A stretch of 64,000 bases of DNA, taken from Octopus sinensis (taxonomy: Eukaryota). The notes beneath the pieces were generated by a model. The model had not been told where the DNA came from, ran no database searches, and saw nothing but the letters and a program-made list of their open reading frames with translations. Where the stretch lies: contig NC_043014.1 in NCBI RefSeq assembly GCF_006345805.1, forward strand, positions 34,906,001-34,970,000, read 5' to 3'. The position numbers were made by a program, and so were the translations under genes. Shown piece by piece: positions 25,790 through 39,299 of the stretch (positions are counted from its first letter, which is position 1; every line of letters begins with the position of its first letter).

Positions 25790-27235
25790 TAGAAATGATG
25801 CCATGGGTTTGTACTTTCTTATGTTAAGGAGGTATATGGCCTGAAATCTTCAATAGCTCCAGCGAGAACAGCAAATGGATGTTTGCTTCTGACTGACACC
25901 GCTTCTATTCATAAGCACTGGGTAGAACATTTTTCTGCACTTTTGAATGGACCATCATCTGCTGACATGAGGACGATAGAAAAAAATTGAACACCTTCCA
26001 GTTATAGAAGAGATGGCATTTGAACCAACTCTAAATGACATTTATTTAGCTGTGAATAAGCTGAATAACAATAAGTCTCCAGGGTCTGATGGAATCTGTG
26101 CAGAAGTTTTGAAATATGGGGGTGACAAAATGTTTGAACTCTTAAATATATTAATTTGTCACAGTAGGAGAACTGAGAAAGCGCCTCAAAACTGGATTGA
26201 TGCCATTTTAGTCTCCTTGTATAAATCAGGGCCAAAGGATCTGTGTGGTAATTTTTGTGGGATTTCGCTTTTGTCTGTGGTTGGAAAGGTACTTGCCCAC
26301 ATTTTGTTAGAATGTTTAAATACCTTTATAGTTCCAAATATAGTGTCTGAGTCTCAGTGTGGTTTTCATTCCTCCAGGGGCACAGACAATTACAAGAAAA
26401 GTGCATTGAACAGAATCTTGCTCTATACCTTTTCTTTGTTGATTTGAGCAAAGCATTTGATGCTGTTAATCGAAATACTCTGTGGCTAATTCTAAGGAAA
26501 CTAGGTTGCCCAGAAAAATAAACAAGGTCAGGGCTTTACGTCAAGATAAGAAAGCTAGAGTTAACTTTGGTGGTAGACTCTCTGAATCTTTTGCTGTAGA
26601 ATATGAAGTAAAGCAAGGAGACATTGATGCACCCACCTTCTTTGCAATATACTTTGATGTTGTGTTGTCACATGCTTTTCAAAACTCTGAGGAGGGGATT
26701 TACATAAAATATCGAACAACAGGGAATGTTTTTAATCTGAACTGACTGAAATTCAAAATGAAGGTTTTTACTTCACTCAGGAAACTTTTTACACTGACAA
26801 TTGTGATCTTGTCAGTCATTCTGAAACAGGTCTGTATCTCTTGTATCTACATTTGACTTGGCTTGTGATGATTTTGGCTTGACCATCAACTTGAAAAAAA
26901 CAGTTGTAATGCATCAACTTGCGTGAGGTGCTGTTTGTAACACCCCTAAAATTTTTGTTATGGGTTAGTTACTTGAGGTTGTCGATTTGTTCATCTACCT
27001 AGGAAGCTCTGTTCAAAATGATGGAAATCTTGATACAGAAATACAGCTGTTAATTCAGAGGGCAGCAAAAGCATTTGGTGGCTTGGAGTTATGCGTTTTG
27101 TGCCAGCACCAAATAAGAATACAAAGCTAGCTCTTTACAAATCATTTGTCTTACCATCCCTGTTGTATTCCTTTGAAACTTGGACTTGTTATGAAAGGCA
27201 TTTTAAATTGTTAGAACAATTCCACCAAAAATGTG
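25790..27235 (+). mobile_element. RTE-clade LINE reverse transcriptase fragment (frameshifted)
   Basis: ORFs 26013-26447 (KSPGSDGICAE, GISLLSVVGK, ESQCGF) and 26482-26745 (VKQGD..APTFFAIY); DLSKAFDAVNR between them; ends LEQFHQKC. Confidence 0.9.
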
Positions 27236-28082
27236 GAGATTTCAGCCTATAGAATTGCCAATAAAGCTTAGTTCAAACCATACAACTGTTCATCGTCATC
27301 TTCAACAACTTGGAAAAGTTCCTAAACTCGGAAAATGGGTGCCTCATGAATTGTCCGAAAACAACCTCAAATCCTGAGTTGACATCTGCTCTTTTCTCCA
27401 TTCTCGCAAACTCATTTCACCCTTTTTGGATAGACTTGTGACTGGTGAAGAAAAATGGCTCTTCCATCGAAATATTAAATGTCGTAAACAGTGGCTTGGT
27501 AAAAGGGAAAAAACTCAATCACAACCAAGACGGGAACTTCGTGGGAAAAAGGTTCTTCTCTCCATATGGTGGGATTGCAAAGGAGTAATTCCCTTTCAAT
27601 TGTTACCATCTAATGCAACAATCAATGCTCATGTCTACTGGAGTGTTTGAACCAAGCTTTGAAGAAAAAAATGACCCGCTTTAGCGAATCGAAAAGGAGT
27701 GAGATTTCATCACTCAATGCGCAACCCCACACTGCAAAGATCACATCACAGAAGATCGAAGAGCTTGGTTGGGAAAAAATTCCTCATCCACCTTATTCTC
27801 CTGACCTTGCTCCTTCAGACTACCATTTGTTTCGTAGTTTACAGAATCATTTGGGGGACATAACTTTCGCAAGCCAGGAAGAGGTTGAAACTGACATTTC
27901 AGAGTTCATAGCTTTGAAACCAAAAGAATTTTACACTGATGGGATTAAAGCTTGTAAATAGATGGAAGGAAGTCTTAGATAATCAGGAAAGTACATGATG
28001 ATTAAATTTCAATTAAATTTAACATTTGATCAATTGTTTTCTTTATTCAAAATTCAGACAGAACTTATGGGATGGCCTGATA
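27236..28082 (+). mobile_element. mariner transposon, 5'-deleted, degenerate transposase
   Basis: GKWVPHELSE, LVTGEEKW, KKVLLSIWWD, PHPPYSPDLAPSDYHLF motifs; TIR-like end gacagaacttatgggatggcctgaTA at ~28057-28082. Confidence 0.9.
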
Positions 28083-29089
28083 GTATCCCTATGATGGAAT
28101 GTATTCCTATCTCAACTATTTGATCTTTTATTCAAATATAGTTTATCTCAAACTTCATTGTCAAAAGTGTTTTTATTCTACTAAGATGCTAAGGTGTGAT
28201 GTGAAGGAAATTTTGGCTGCTATTCCTAGGTTTATCATTTGCCCATTACTTCTATACTTATGTAGTGTAGTAAATACACGCATTTCACTCAAAATGTCTT
28301 CATGTTTTAACAAAAATATCAATCAAACTATAACCTTTAGCACTTAAACCAGCCATATCCTGCCAAAATATTCTCCCTATTTTATGCTCAAACTGGTTAT
28401 ATCTAACCTCTCACACCTATCCTACAATGTCATTCTAACAATAAGCAATCACATCATCAAAATCTCGAAGCTACAATATCTTTCGTGGTCAATTCAAAAC
28501 AGTGTAAATGAATAAGCAATACATTTAACAAAGTAATCTGAATTTTTAAGAGTTAAATTCTGCTCTATTTTTTTTAGGCCTAACTACAGTTAAAGTAAAG
28601 TCTAGGAAGAATAGTTTATTGATGCTATTGTGATGAGTATGACACAAGTGAACTCAAAGGCACAGTTTTGAGTAATACAACTGCTTATTTGTAACATTGA
28701 CTGACATTAGGTTAGGAATATGGGATGAAAGATGTAATCAATTTAACCAGAGCCAGTATTTCAGAGGTACTATTTTATCAAAACTGGAGGACCAAAAAAT
28801 GAAATTTGACCACAGTGAGATATGAGCAAAGAAAATAAAGAAACATTGTGAAATACAAGTTTTTTTTTTGTATGTGTGTGTGGTGCTCTAGAAATTCTAT
28901 TATCCATTAATTATAATGTTTGTCCTCTGCTAAACATATTTGAATCATTTTGCTGTGTCTGCTTGTTCCTTGCCTGCGTAATCTGATATTCTAGTCATGA
29001 TTTCCTATACCCTGTGTCTCAGGATGATCACAACAGCAAGTAGTGAATACAAAATAAGGATTGAAAATTAATAATAATGATGATGATGA

Positions 29090-29322
29090 TGATAATAATT
29101 ATAATAATAATAATAATAATTATAATTATAATAATAATAATAATTATAATAATAATGATGATAATAATTATAATAATAATAATAATAAGTGTAATAATGA
29201 TGATGATGATGATGATGATGATGATAATTATAATAATAATTATAATAATAATAATTGTGATAATAATTATAATAATAATAATTGTAATAATGATGATGAT
29301 GATGATAATAATAATAATAATA
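29090..29322. repeat. (AAT)/(GAT) compound trinucleotide repeat
   Basis: Read directly from sequence. Confidence 0.95.
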
Positions 29323-32300
29323 GCTCTTCCATGATGTAATTATTTCAGTTTCAGTACACAGTCTCACAGTGTGACTTGAAAGTTGTAGTAGTAGTAGTAG
29401 TAGTGGTAGTAGTAGTACTGATGGACTCTCCTCTTGAAGTTGATGTACGTGAGTTCAGTGATTGCTGAACAACCTGCACAAATTATTTGTTTAGAGTTAT
29501 CAAATGTATGTGCTGCACATTAGCTCACTCCCTCTATCAAATTGACGTTGCCTGTATAGGTGCACAAGTGTACCGCACATCAGATGTCGAACTGATTGTA
29601 GAGCAATGTGAAATGAAGTGTTTTGCTCAAGAACACAATGCACTGCTGGGTCCAAAAATCAAACCCATGATCTAATGATTGAGAGTGCATCACCCAAACC
29701 ACAGTTATAACACAACAGCAGCAGATGCAGTAGCTGGGAAGTGAGACATCTACAACAATGGTGATTTGGTACATTAAAAACTGACAAATACATGATCAAA
29801 ACCCTAGGATTCGTACACAACGTACTACAAGGTATATGGAGTACAGCAGGATTCATACATATATACTATACAGCAAAAATGCTACTATAAATACCACATA
29901 TCATTATCATTATTTAATGTCCGTTTTCCATGCTGGTATGGGTTGGATGGTTTGACTGAAAACTGGTAAGCCAGGGAGCTGCACCAAGTTCCAGTCTGAT
30001 TTGGCAAGGTTTCTGCAGCTGGATGCCCTTCCTAATGCCAACCACTCCGTGAGTGTTGTGGGTGTTTTTTACGTGTCACTGGCATGGGTTCCACTGACTT
30101 GACACCGGCATCGGCCATGACTACAGTCTCACTTGGCTTCACAGGTCTGCACAAACCACAAACAACGTAAAGTATTCTCAAAACAATAAGACCAGAAAAA
30201 CAGACCAATACTCTGCATGTGTTGAAATCATATAGAGCTGCATTTGATTTTGCATTGAAAGTATGCAGTAAAAATAAAGTTACTGACGTAATAATAATTA
30301 TTTCTAACATTGGCACAGAAATTTGGTAGGGAGAAGCTAGTCAATTAAAGCCTTTTCAGTACTGTTTGACCCTGGAAAAAATGTAACTAAATACTGCATG
30401 AACTATTGTCTTCTGTTCTACTGATGATGGCATCATAGTCTAAGCACAAAGCCACACATGTTTGAGGGCAGTAGCCTTAATACATTGCCTATTTTAGTAC
30501 CACCTCTCAGTTCTTGTGTACCTTTAGTGGAGACCACTATGGTAAGCATTTAGATTGAATCTTGTAGTAACCCATAAGCAATAGTTTCTTCTCTCTCACT
30601 CCATGAATCTTGGAAACCCTGCAAAGGTTATGGGCTCTGTCCCTCTTCCTTTGAGTAGCCCAGAAAAGAAAACAAAAATAAAAAGCAAGAAACTATTATT
30701 GAATCAACCCCAGTGGTTGACTGGTACTTACTTTATTAGTCTTACAAGGATGAAAAGCAAAGTTTGTTCTAGTAATTCTGTCATCTACTACCCTTATATT
30801 AATCTCTATATATAGAATGCCAAGTTATATGTCTCCTTTTTTGTTTGCTGGTTTTCCTCTTGTCACGCTCTAGGAATGTGGAATGAGAAAGCAATGACTG
30901 CCCTGAGAGAGTGAGAAGAAACCTATAAAAAAGATATAAAGGGAAATAGATTAGACAGGCAGATAGTTAGGTGGGGGATTGGTGGCATAGAGGTGTGAGA
31001 GAGAGAGAGAGCTGTCAAACAATAAGCTGTCAAACAATAAGATGTGTACATAAAATGAAACAAGAAAAAAAGGAACAAGGTTTGAAGCAGAAACATTAAG
31101 AATTACTGAAAAGACAGAAATAAACTGCATCATTTTTGACAGTTACTACATTAGTATTAATATAAATCAAGATACAAAATATACTTGAATTTAGTTCTTA
31201 TCGAAATGTAATCATTAGATTCTATTAGAGAAATAATTCTATGAAAGTAATAGAGATTTTTGTGAAGTAGGTCTGTATAGAAATGTGTCAGATCCAGTTT
31301 AGTATTCTGCATTGCTATTGATTAAGTATAAATTATTCAATACACTTATTACATATGATTGGCCTCAATTTTTTTTTTTTTCCAACAAAGTTAATCAAGT
31401 CAATTTGACCTTAAGCAGTTGGTTGAATCATTGTTGATATTCCACAGTGTCCTGGTTTACTGCTGTTGTTTAGTGTTGTTAAGTCTTCGTTGCTATTCTA
31501 CTTCATCCCTTTTCACTGTTGTTGTTTTAGTGTCAGTCTGCCCTTGTTTATATACAAAAAGATGCGACGGTGTTGACTGCAACTTCTTTGACTATAAATC
31601 TGCTCAATGATGATTAACAGGAGTAAACTACAATTACATAAGAACCTGTTACAGTGCAACTGTACTCAGTAAAGTAATGAATCTGTAATTTTACAAATTT
31701 GTAGATCTGTGAAGTTAAATCAAATTCTTGATTTTCTCCTTAGGCTTACACCTTTTTTTTCCCATCTGGGTTTTTAAGAAACTTTGCCAGTGAATGGTTT
31801 CAAATTTGTATGGGTAAGGAGTTCTCTGGCCCGGGTGTAAAGAAATGATAAGGCAAAAATGAATTCATAGAAGAATTAGAACTTAGTGTAGTGACATAAT
31901 TAACTAAATAATGTCTTTTTCTCCATCTGAGTCAATTTCACTTGACTGCTGTCACCACTAGCCACTACTGACCAAAAAGAAAGAAAAAAAAATGGAGATG
32001 TAAAGGAATTGCTCTGGTTCAGATTCTTTTCTTGAACCATTAGGTTAAATGAATCTTCTTATATGCTAATGGAGAATCATTAGGATTTTGTTGCTTAGTA
32101 ATGATGTTCCCGGAACAATCAGGTATCTATTTCTGGAAATAAGCGAACAGAATCATGTACTGTTAACAATTCTTTCTTTCTTCAGATTTGAACTCATGTC
32201 CATTTTGTTGGTAGCCCAATACCATTGACTTGTTAAGATAGGGAATGTATTATAATATATAATGATGGTGTTCCTTTGAGACCATCCTAATATTGCTGCA

Positions 32301-33235
32301 TGTGAATAAACAGCTTTTAGGTTGTAGGCTCTATACACATCCCAACTTATTACTACTTCCTGACTTTCTTTCTATTGAAGTTCACTTTAAAGCATTTCAA
32401 CCAGAAAATGTCAGAGTCATATCATGATCTCACAACACATTAGCATTTATTGCACTTTCCTACAAGGACCCAGTCTCTGTTGGTAATGCCTCAGGAGGCT
32501 ACCCTACCAGTTGGTGCATAATCTCATATCCTCTTCTCCTTCAGTTTGTGTCTGATGCCTCTACAAGCATAAGATTTTGAGGAGATCGTTTGAGGCCACT
32601 GACATCCAACTGCACTGCCTACAATGATCAAGATTGTGGGTAATGGCAACTGAGCTGTTGTGATTGCCTCTATCCCCATCTACAATAAAACCAAGCATAA
32701 ATGGTCACAGTCAAATGACTGAAGCAAGTAAAAGAATAAAAGAAAAGAATAAATGTCTCTAAAGCTCTGGGAGTCTATTAGGGCCAGGGACTAGCTTAGC
32801 TTTAAAAGTGTTTAGTAAATGGGAGGTTTATCTTACCCCTGGATAGGATACTAGTGTACTACAAGCAACATTACCATATCTTACTTGCAATACACTGTTA
32901 TTCTTCTACTTATTCCTGATGTCTTGATGAACTAAGGTAAAGTAGTATAAAAGTTGCACTCAGAAACACAATAAAATATCTACTGTAAGTTTGAACTGAT
33001 AGGAAAAACAGCATCTGTTCTACTCATTCAGTTGGGATATAGAATGGCTTATAAAATAGGTTTCAATTATAACATCTCTACCCACTTTATACGCTTTTTT
33101 TTTTTGTAAACATATATAGACATATCATGCTAGAGTCCTCAGACCTTGGAGTCTTAGATCTAAAGGTAACTCTAGTTTTCTCTGCAAAATATTTAATAAT
33201 TCTTCTTACTCTTTATCTCAGAATTACATCTGATA

Positions 33236-34481
33236 TATTAGATTGTTCCAAAAATAATGGCTGATTTCAGAAACATAGTTTTATTCTGGAAAAATTAACA
33301 ATAGAAATGTTTTGATTAGTCAAAGTATGAGCCGTGAACATCTATGTATCTCTGCCATCGATCAACTAGATTATTTATGCTGTATTGATAAAAAATTATT
33401 GGCTTCGATGCTAAGAAATCTTTGAAAGCTGATTCCACTTCTGGTTTCGACCTGAAAGTTTTATCACTTAAAACGTGTTTAAATGCTTTAAAAAATGGTA
33501 GCCAGTGGGTGAAAGATCAGGAAAATATAGAGGTTGTGGTAAAGTCTTGTATCCCTGGTCTGTGAGTTTCTGCAGTGTCATTCTTGCAACATGTGGCTTT
33601 GCATTATCATGGAGCAGAATTGGGCCTTGCCGATTCACCAGTGCAGGTCTCATTTTTCACAAGTGAGCATGCATTTCAGCAAGTTGATTGCAGCAAACCT
33701 CTGCTGTAGTGCTCTGGCTTCCAGAAAGCTGTAATGGACAACATTGATTGCAGATCACCAGACAGTTACCATAATCTTTTGCTGATGCAACTTTGGCTTT
33801 GGGAAATATTTTGGGGACTCATCACGATCAAGCCATTGAGCTGATCGTTTACAGTTATCATAAAGGATCCACTTTTCGTCACAAGTGGCTGTTTGATCAA
33901 GAAAGAGCATTGAGCACACTTCAAAACACCAAACTTTTTTGATTTTCTTTGAGCTCATGCGGTACCCATTTATCGAGTTTTTTCCTTACCAATCTTCTGC
34001 AGATTGCATGAGCCCATTGCAATATCGACACCAAGTGCCTGAGACATTTCTCTGACACTTTGTTCAACAATTGCTTTCAATTGTTTCTTTGTCAAGACTG
34101 CATGTCTGTCCTCTACCTTCTTCATCTTCAAGGCTCTCATTACCACTACAGAATTTCTGAAACCACCTTTGTACAGTGCAATCACTTGTGGACCCCTCTC
34201 TCCATGCTCTGTTGATATTGGCAGCAGTTTGGGAGGCATTGTGCCCAAGCTTGAACTCATGCAAGAAAAGTAAGCGATGGTCCTTTTTGTCATGTTCATA
34301 ATTAAGGGCGCCTGTGCTTCAAGAATGTTTTCTGTCTGAAATAAGTAGAAAATTATTAAAGAGCATACATCAATTATTAAGTATGTCGAAATTCATCTAA
34401 AATATAATTAAAATACTATGATAAAATTCTGTTTCAAAACACAACACTTAGAGTGGCCATTATTTTCAGAACAACCTAATA
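33236..34481 (-). mobile_element. Full-length (~1.25 kb) degenerate mariner with both TIRs
   Basis: TIRs TATTAGATTGTTCCAAAAATAATGGC (from 33236) and reverse complement TATTAGGTTGTTCTGAAAATAATGGC (ending 34481), TA at both ends; transposase pieces HEFKLGHNASQTAANIN, TCDEKWILYDN, LHDNAKPH, YFPDLSPTGYH. Confidence 0.92.
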
Positions 34482-36855
34482 TGAGAGAAAATATTTACAA
34501 CATGAAGCCTTTTCTACTCGTGCAGTTAAGATACAGAATAGTTTATAAAATAGATTATGATAGTAAAGGTGTTGTTGTCTTGATACCTTGTCTTTATTGC
34601 CATACATTGATCTATTGGGCTAATCTCCAATTGATAATAGAATAAGGGTGATATATTAGATATGAAACTTTTTCTTGATACAATTAATAGCTGTTTCTGG
34701 TCACTCTGCACTTGTTCAGTCAGGTCATCTAATTTACTGTTTCTGCTTATATTGCAGTCATCAAGATTGAACATGCTGCAGTTCGGTCTTTGTGTACTGG
34801 TAAGTTTAAACATACATGTTGTGCAATCATTCCTCTTGTAAAGGTACTGATCGCAGCATGACACTAACAGCAGATCCATTGCTTTATTACCGACTATAAA
34901 ATATTAAAAAAAAGATCATTTGTATATGTTTTACTTGTGATTTAAGAGATATGATGAAGAATTATTTGATGTAGATAGAAAACTTGTACCGTAATTATTT
35001 TTCATTATATTTTTACTGTGAGAAAAGGAAAAAAAAAACTCCCTGAAACCAAGAGTCTCAATCCTGGAAAATGAAATCAAAGATATCAGGTGGATAGTAG
35101 ATTCTTCAGCTGCAGAACTTTGTAATTGCTGATTTGATTTTTTTTCCTTCTTACCAATCTTTTTCCAGAATTATACATGAAATGCCATTATACATATTTA
35201 CATCTTGAAGTCCTTTTTCTTTAGAGTTTTATCTTGCTAAAATGGGCTTTACATATTTGGTCTGAGTGTGGATAAAAGAGACTCACAAAGACAGGCAATA
35301 CTTACGAATGTGTTAAACAGCAGAGCACCCCTAAGTTAAGTATTTCTGCCAAATGAAGTTGTAACAAAAGAGGTATAGAATCTAGATAGACCAATGTCTG
35401 AAACTTGTGAGTGCAAGAGGATTTGTCGATCTAACTCATTTGTTACTAAATATGTAATATCAAATATAGTCTCTTGGAAAAATAAATGTTACAGAGGTAT
35501 AATTGCTGAGTGAACTATAAGCATGCAGATCTTGAGTTCAAATCTACTACAGGCATTTTTTTTGCATATTGAAGCAGTTCACTTACTTATATACACCTCA
35601 GTTCATCTAGTCTCAAATGCATATCCACATCCTCTTGACATCTTATTCCAGGGAAATATATTTCTCATCTGCTGAAATTGACCAGCAAACCTATTATATT
35701 TAAAGTGATGGTTTTAATATTTTGGCTTATGCCCATAGATAACACATAAATGACATAATTTTGTATCTTTTCTCTTAAAATATATGTATAGTTCCAATCT
35801 TGCCAGGATTGTCTTTGTCTTTCATCTTACCAGTGCCAATAATATAAGTGCTGGTAATGAACTGGAGTTAAGACAGTTAAATAAACCCTTTTAAAACAAA
35901 TTCAAGTCTTGTGTCAGTAGGAGCCTCAGTATTTCTCTCTCTCTCTCTCTCCTCTCTCTCAATAATTCTATTCTCACCTACTAGGCACAAGGCCCTCATA
36001 TATTCCAATAACTGTCTACTCCTGTGTTCAACACAAATACAAAATGCTGTAATGCCGTATATATGTTGATCACAAAGCAAAATTTTTTTGTTCCAACAAA
36101 TATTTTATACCCAACCAGTTTCATTATAAGAGAATTTCATGTTCCTTTATTATACTTTAGTCTCTCAGCACTTGTTATAAAGCCACCTCCCTCTCTTCTA
36201 CCACCCTACTCAGATGAGGTGTGGGTGCATTTTCTTTATCTTAAAGTTACATAGTGACCTTAGTAGTGCTAGAGTCATGAAAAAGCACCCAGTTCACTCT
36301 GGAAAGTGGTTGGATTAGGAAGAACATCCTGCCATAGAAACCATGCTAAAGCAGTCATTAAATGATGATGATTATATATATATATAGGTGCAGACATGGC
36401 TGTGTGGTAAGTAGTCATAGGCAGAGGTGTGGCTGTGTGGTAAGTAGCTTGCTTACCAACCACATGGTTCCAGGTTCAGTCCCACTACATGGCTCCTTGG
36501 ACAAGTGTCTTCTATTATAGCCTCACGCTGACAAAAACCTTGTGGCCTTGTGAGTGGATTTGGTAGATGGAAACTAAAAGAAGCGGTTCAACAAAAGAGA
36601 CTGATAGAATAAGTACTAGGCTTACAGAGAATAAGTTCTGTGGTTGGCTTGTTTGACTAAAGGCAAGGCTCCAGCGTTGCCGCAGTCAGATGACTGAAGC
36701 AAGTAAAAGAATAAAAGAATATATATATATATATTTATATGTATATATATATGTGTGTATATATATATGTGTATATATATATGTGTATGTATATATATAT
36801 ATATGTATGTATCTATGTATATATATATGTATGTATCTATGTATATATATGTGTA

Positions 36856-36887
<32 letters not shown>

Positions 36888-37107
36888 GTTCAGAAAGTAC
36901 GAGAGGCATTCGCCATGATTGATTGCTAGCCACTAACCCTTTTTTATTTTCTCTCTCTGTTTATCTCTGTGTTCCTTTTTGTTGAAGAGCATAGGCTCGA
37001 AACGTAAAAGACTTTCTTACTTCCCGAATCTTAAACTAAAACATCTGTTTGTTGTTTACACACCTATCTTTGTCTTTTGTTTTCTTTATTTTTTTTGTAA
37101 ATTCCAA

Positions 37108-37110
<3 letters not shown>
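36888..37110 (+). mobile_element. Penelope-type terminal repeat fragment with family-2 hammerhead motif (36975-37010), between (TA)n tracts
   Basis: CTTT TTGTTGA A GAGC ATAG GCTC GAAA C GTA AAAG; same downstream sequence as the 16.0-16.4 kb copies. Confidence 0.65.
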
Positions 37111-37150
<40 letters not shown>

Positions 37151-37174
<24 letters not shown>

Positions 37175-37816
37175 CGGATAAAAGATATGCAAAATAGAAC
37201 ACCATATATCAAATTATCTATAAATATAACGATTAAATGGGTTTGCAAAATACAGTAAAATGAAATAAAATAAAAATAAAATCTTAAACATGAAAATATT
37301 ATATACATATAACAATTGAAAGTTTTCTTAAGAAATATGTTGAAATATATACAATATCTTTGCGGTGCAAAATAAACCATGCATTACAAGATCCAATAGT
37401 GTGATTGAAAACTTGTTCAAGATTCAAAAAATATATACTATCCATATGGTATATTGTTAGCCGACATTTTAAATTTTGTTGCATGTCTGCAGGAATTCAA
37501 GAGTTTGCGTCTTTGATTCAAAGCGCTATTGTCCTGGAATAAAATATAGAATTTTTCCAAAAGACATAAATCACATTTCATGGGACTTTTATGTGTACCG
37601 TGCCTGTAAGGTGTTGCGCTATCTAAATCTCTCCATGCCACGTTGAAAGGCCGGGTTTCATTTTCTTTTAATTCCCAGACATATTTTGCCAGGCTGGTCT
37701 TTGTCCTATTTTTGGGGTATTGGAAGGAATTTCTATGTGAATAAAGTCGGGTTTTGAAAGAATTTTCAGAAGCCCCTGTATAAGTTCTCTATCCGTGTGA
37801 GCCTTCTATCTGCAAC
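37151..37816 (-). mobile_element. Penelope-like element 3' remnant (Naiad-type GIY-YIG endonuclease plus 3' UTR)
   Basis: Minus-strand translation RTYTGASENSFKTRLYSHRNSFQYPKNRTKTSLAKYVWELKENETRPFNVAWRDLDSATPYRHGTHKSPMKCDLCLLEKFYILFQDNSALNQRRKLLNSCRHATKFK: YIG-like motif, R, CxxC, E, LN and CxH motifs; stop at 37438; ends at (TA)n. Confidence 0.8.
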
Positions 37817-38574
37817 ACACACACATGTGATATGCTTCTTTCAGTTTCTGTCTACCAAATGCACTCAAGGCTTTGGTCAGCCTGAGGCTATAGTAGAAGG
37901 CACTTGCCCAAGGTGCCACACAGTGGGACTGAACCCAGAACTATGTGGTTGGTAAGCAAGCTACTTACCACATAGCCACACAAATATATATATATATATA
38001 TATATAATATAATATTTATAGATATAGATATATAGATATATATATATAATATATATGTTGTGTGTGTATAGTGTGTGTGTATGTGTCTGTATATATATAT
38101 ATATATACATACATGTATATGTAGTGTTCATATACATACACACATCTATATACATATAATATATGTACATACATACCTCTATATATATATATTATGTACA
38201 TACATACACACACATCTAATATATATATTATATATGTACATACATACACCACATCATAGATATATATATATATATATTATATATATATGTACATACACAC
38301 ACATCTATATATATATACATATATATATTATATATATATATCCTCACACATATATATATGTACATACATACACACACATCTATCTATATATATATATTAT
38401 TATATATGTACATACATACACACACATCTCTATATTATATATATATATATATATATGTACATACACACACATCTATATATATATACTATATATATATATA
38501 ATATATATATATATATATACACACATCTATATATGTACATACATACACACACATCTTATAGATACATATCTATA

Positions 38575-38608
<34 letters not shown>

Positions 38609-38638
38609 ACATACATACACACACAAACATATATGCAT

Positions 38639-38669
<31 letters not shown>

Positions 38670-38694
38670 CAACATACATACACACACAAACATA

Positions 38695-38734
<40 letters not shown>

Positions 38735-39299
38735 GTTAGGCTATATTAAATCTGAGCAAGAAGCAAACAGTAACGGTACTGAATCGTAAAATATATTTTC
38801 CAACTAAATGTGGTGGCCCCAAAGAAGATAATGTTACTGTTGTTTTTAGTCCCAGGAAGACATCCCCTCCAGTTGGCTAATGATGCAGTCTGTGTCCAAT
38901 TAGTATTTGTGAGGGGAGATCATCACTCCCATCTCTAGCCTTACGTTATACACACAGACCCGGGTTTCTGGTTAGTTACCTGTCTTCAATGTGTGATAAT
39001 CACTAGCTAGTGATGAAAACTTATTCCACTCACAAAATAACTGGTTAGGTAGATAGAGGTGTTGATGGGTTAGGGTTCTATCGAAGGTGTTTCAGCAGTG
39101 ACATGTTACAAGATTGAGGTGACACACAACATATAAATATAAATATATATATTTCCATTTATGTGTGTGTGTGTGTGTGTGTGCATTCATATATTTATGT
39201 ATATCTCTATATCTCTATATATGAATGTGTGAATATACACACACATACACATACACACAGTACACACACGCATACATTAAAACATGGTTTATTATTTTT

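Noticed and set aside
25089-25804. Long Tyr/Ile-rich ORFs (also 11489-11824, 29061-29367, 38075-38749 and many HTHT/CVCV ORFs)
   Set aside because: Translations of microsatellites that happen to lack stop codons.
37788-37792. In-frame stop in the Naiad-type ORF as a selenocysteine codon
   Set aside because: The stop is TAG, not TGA; ordinary decay.
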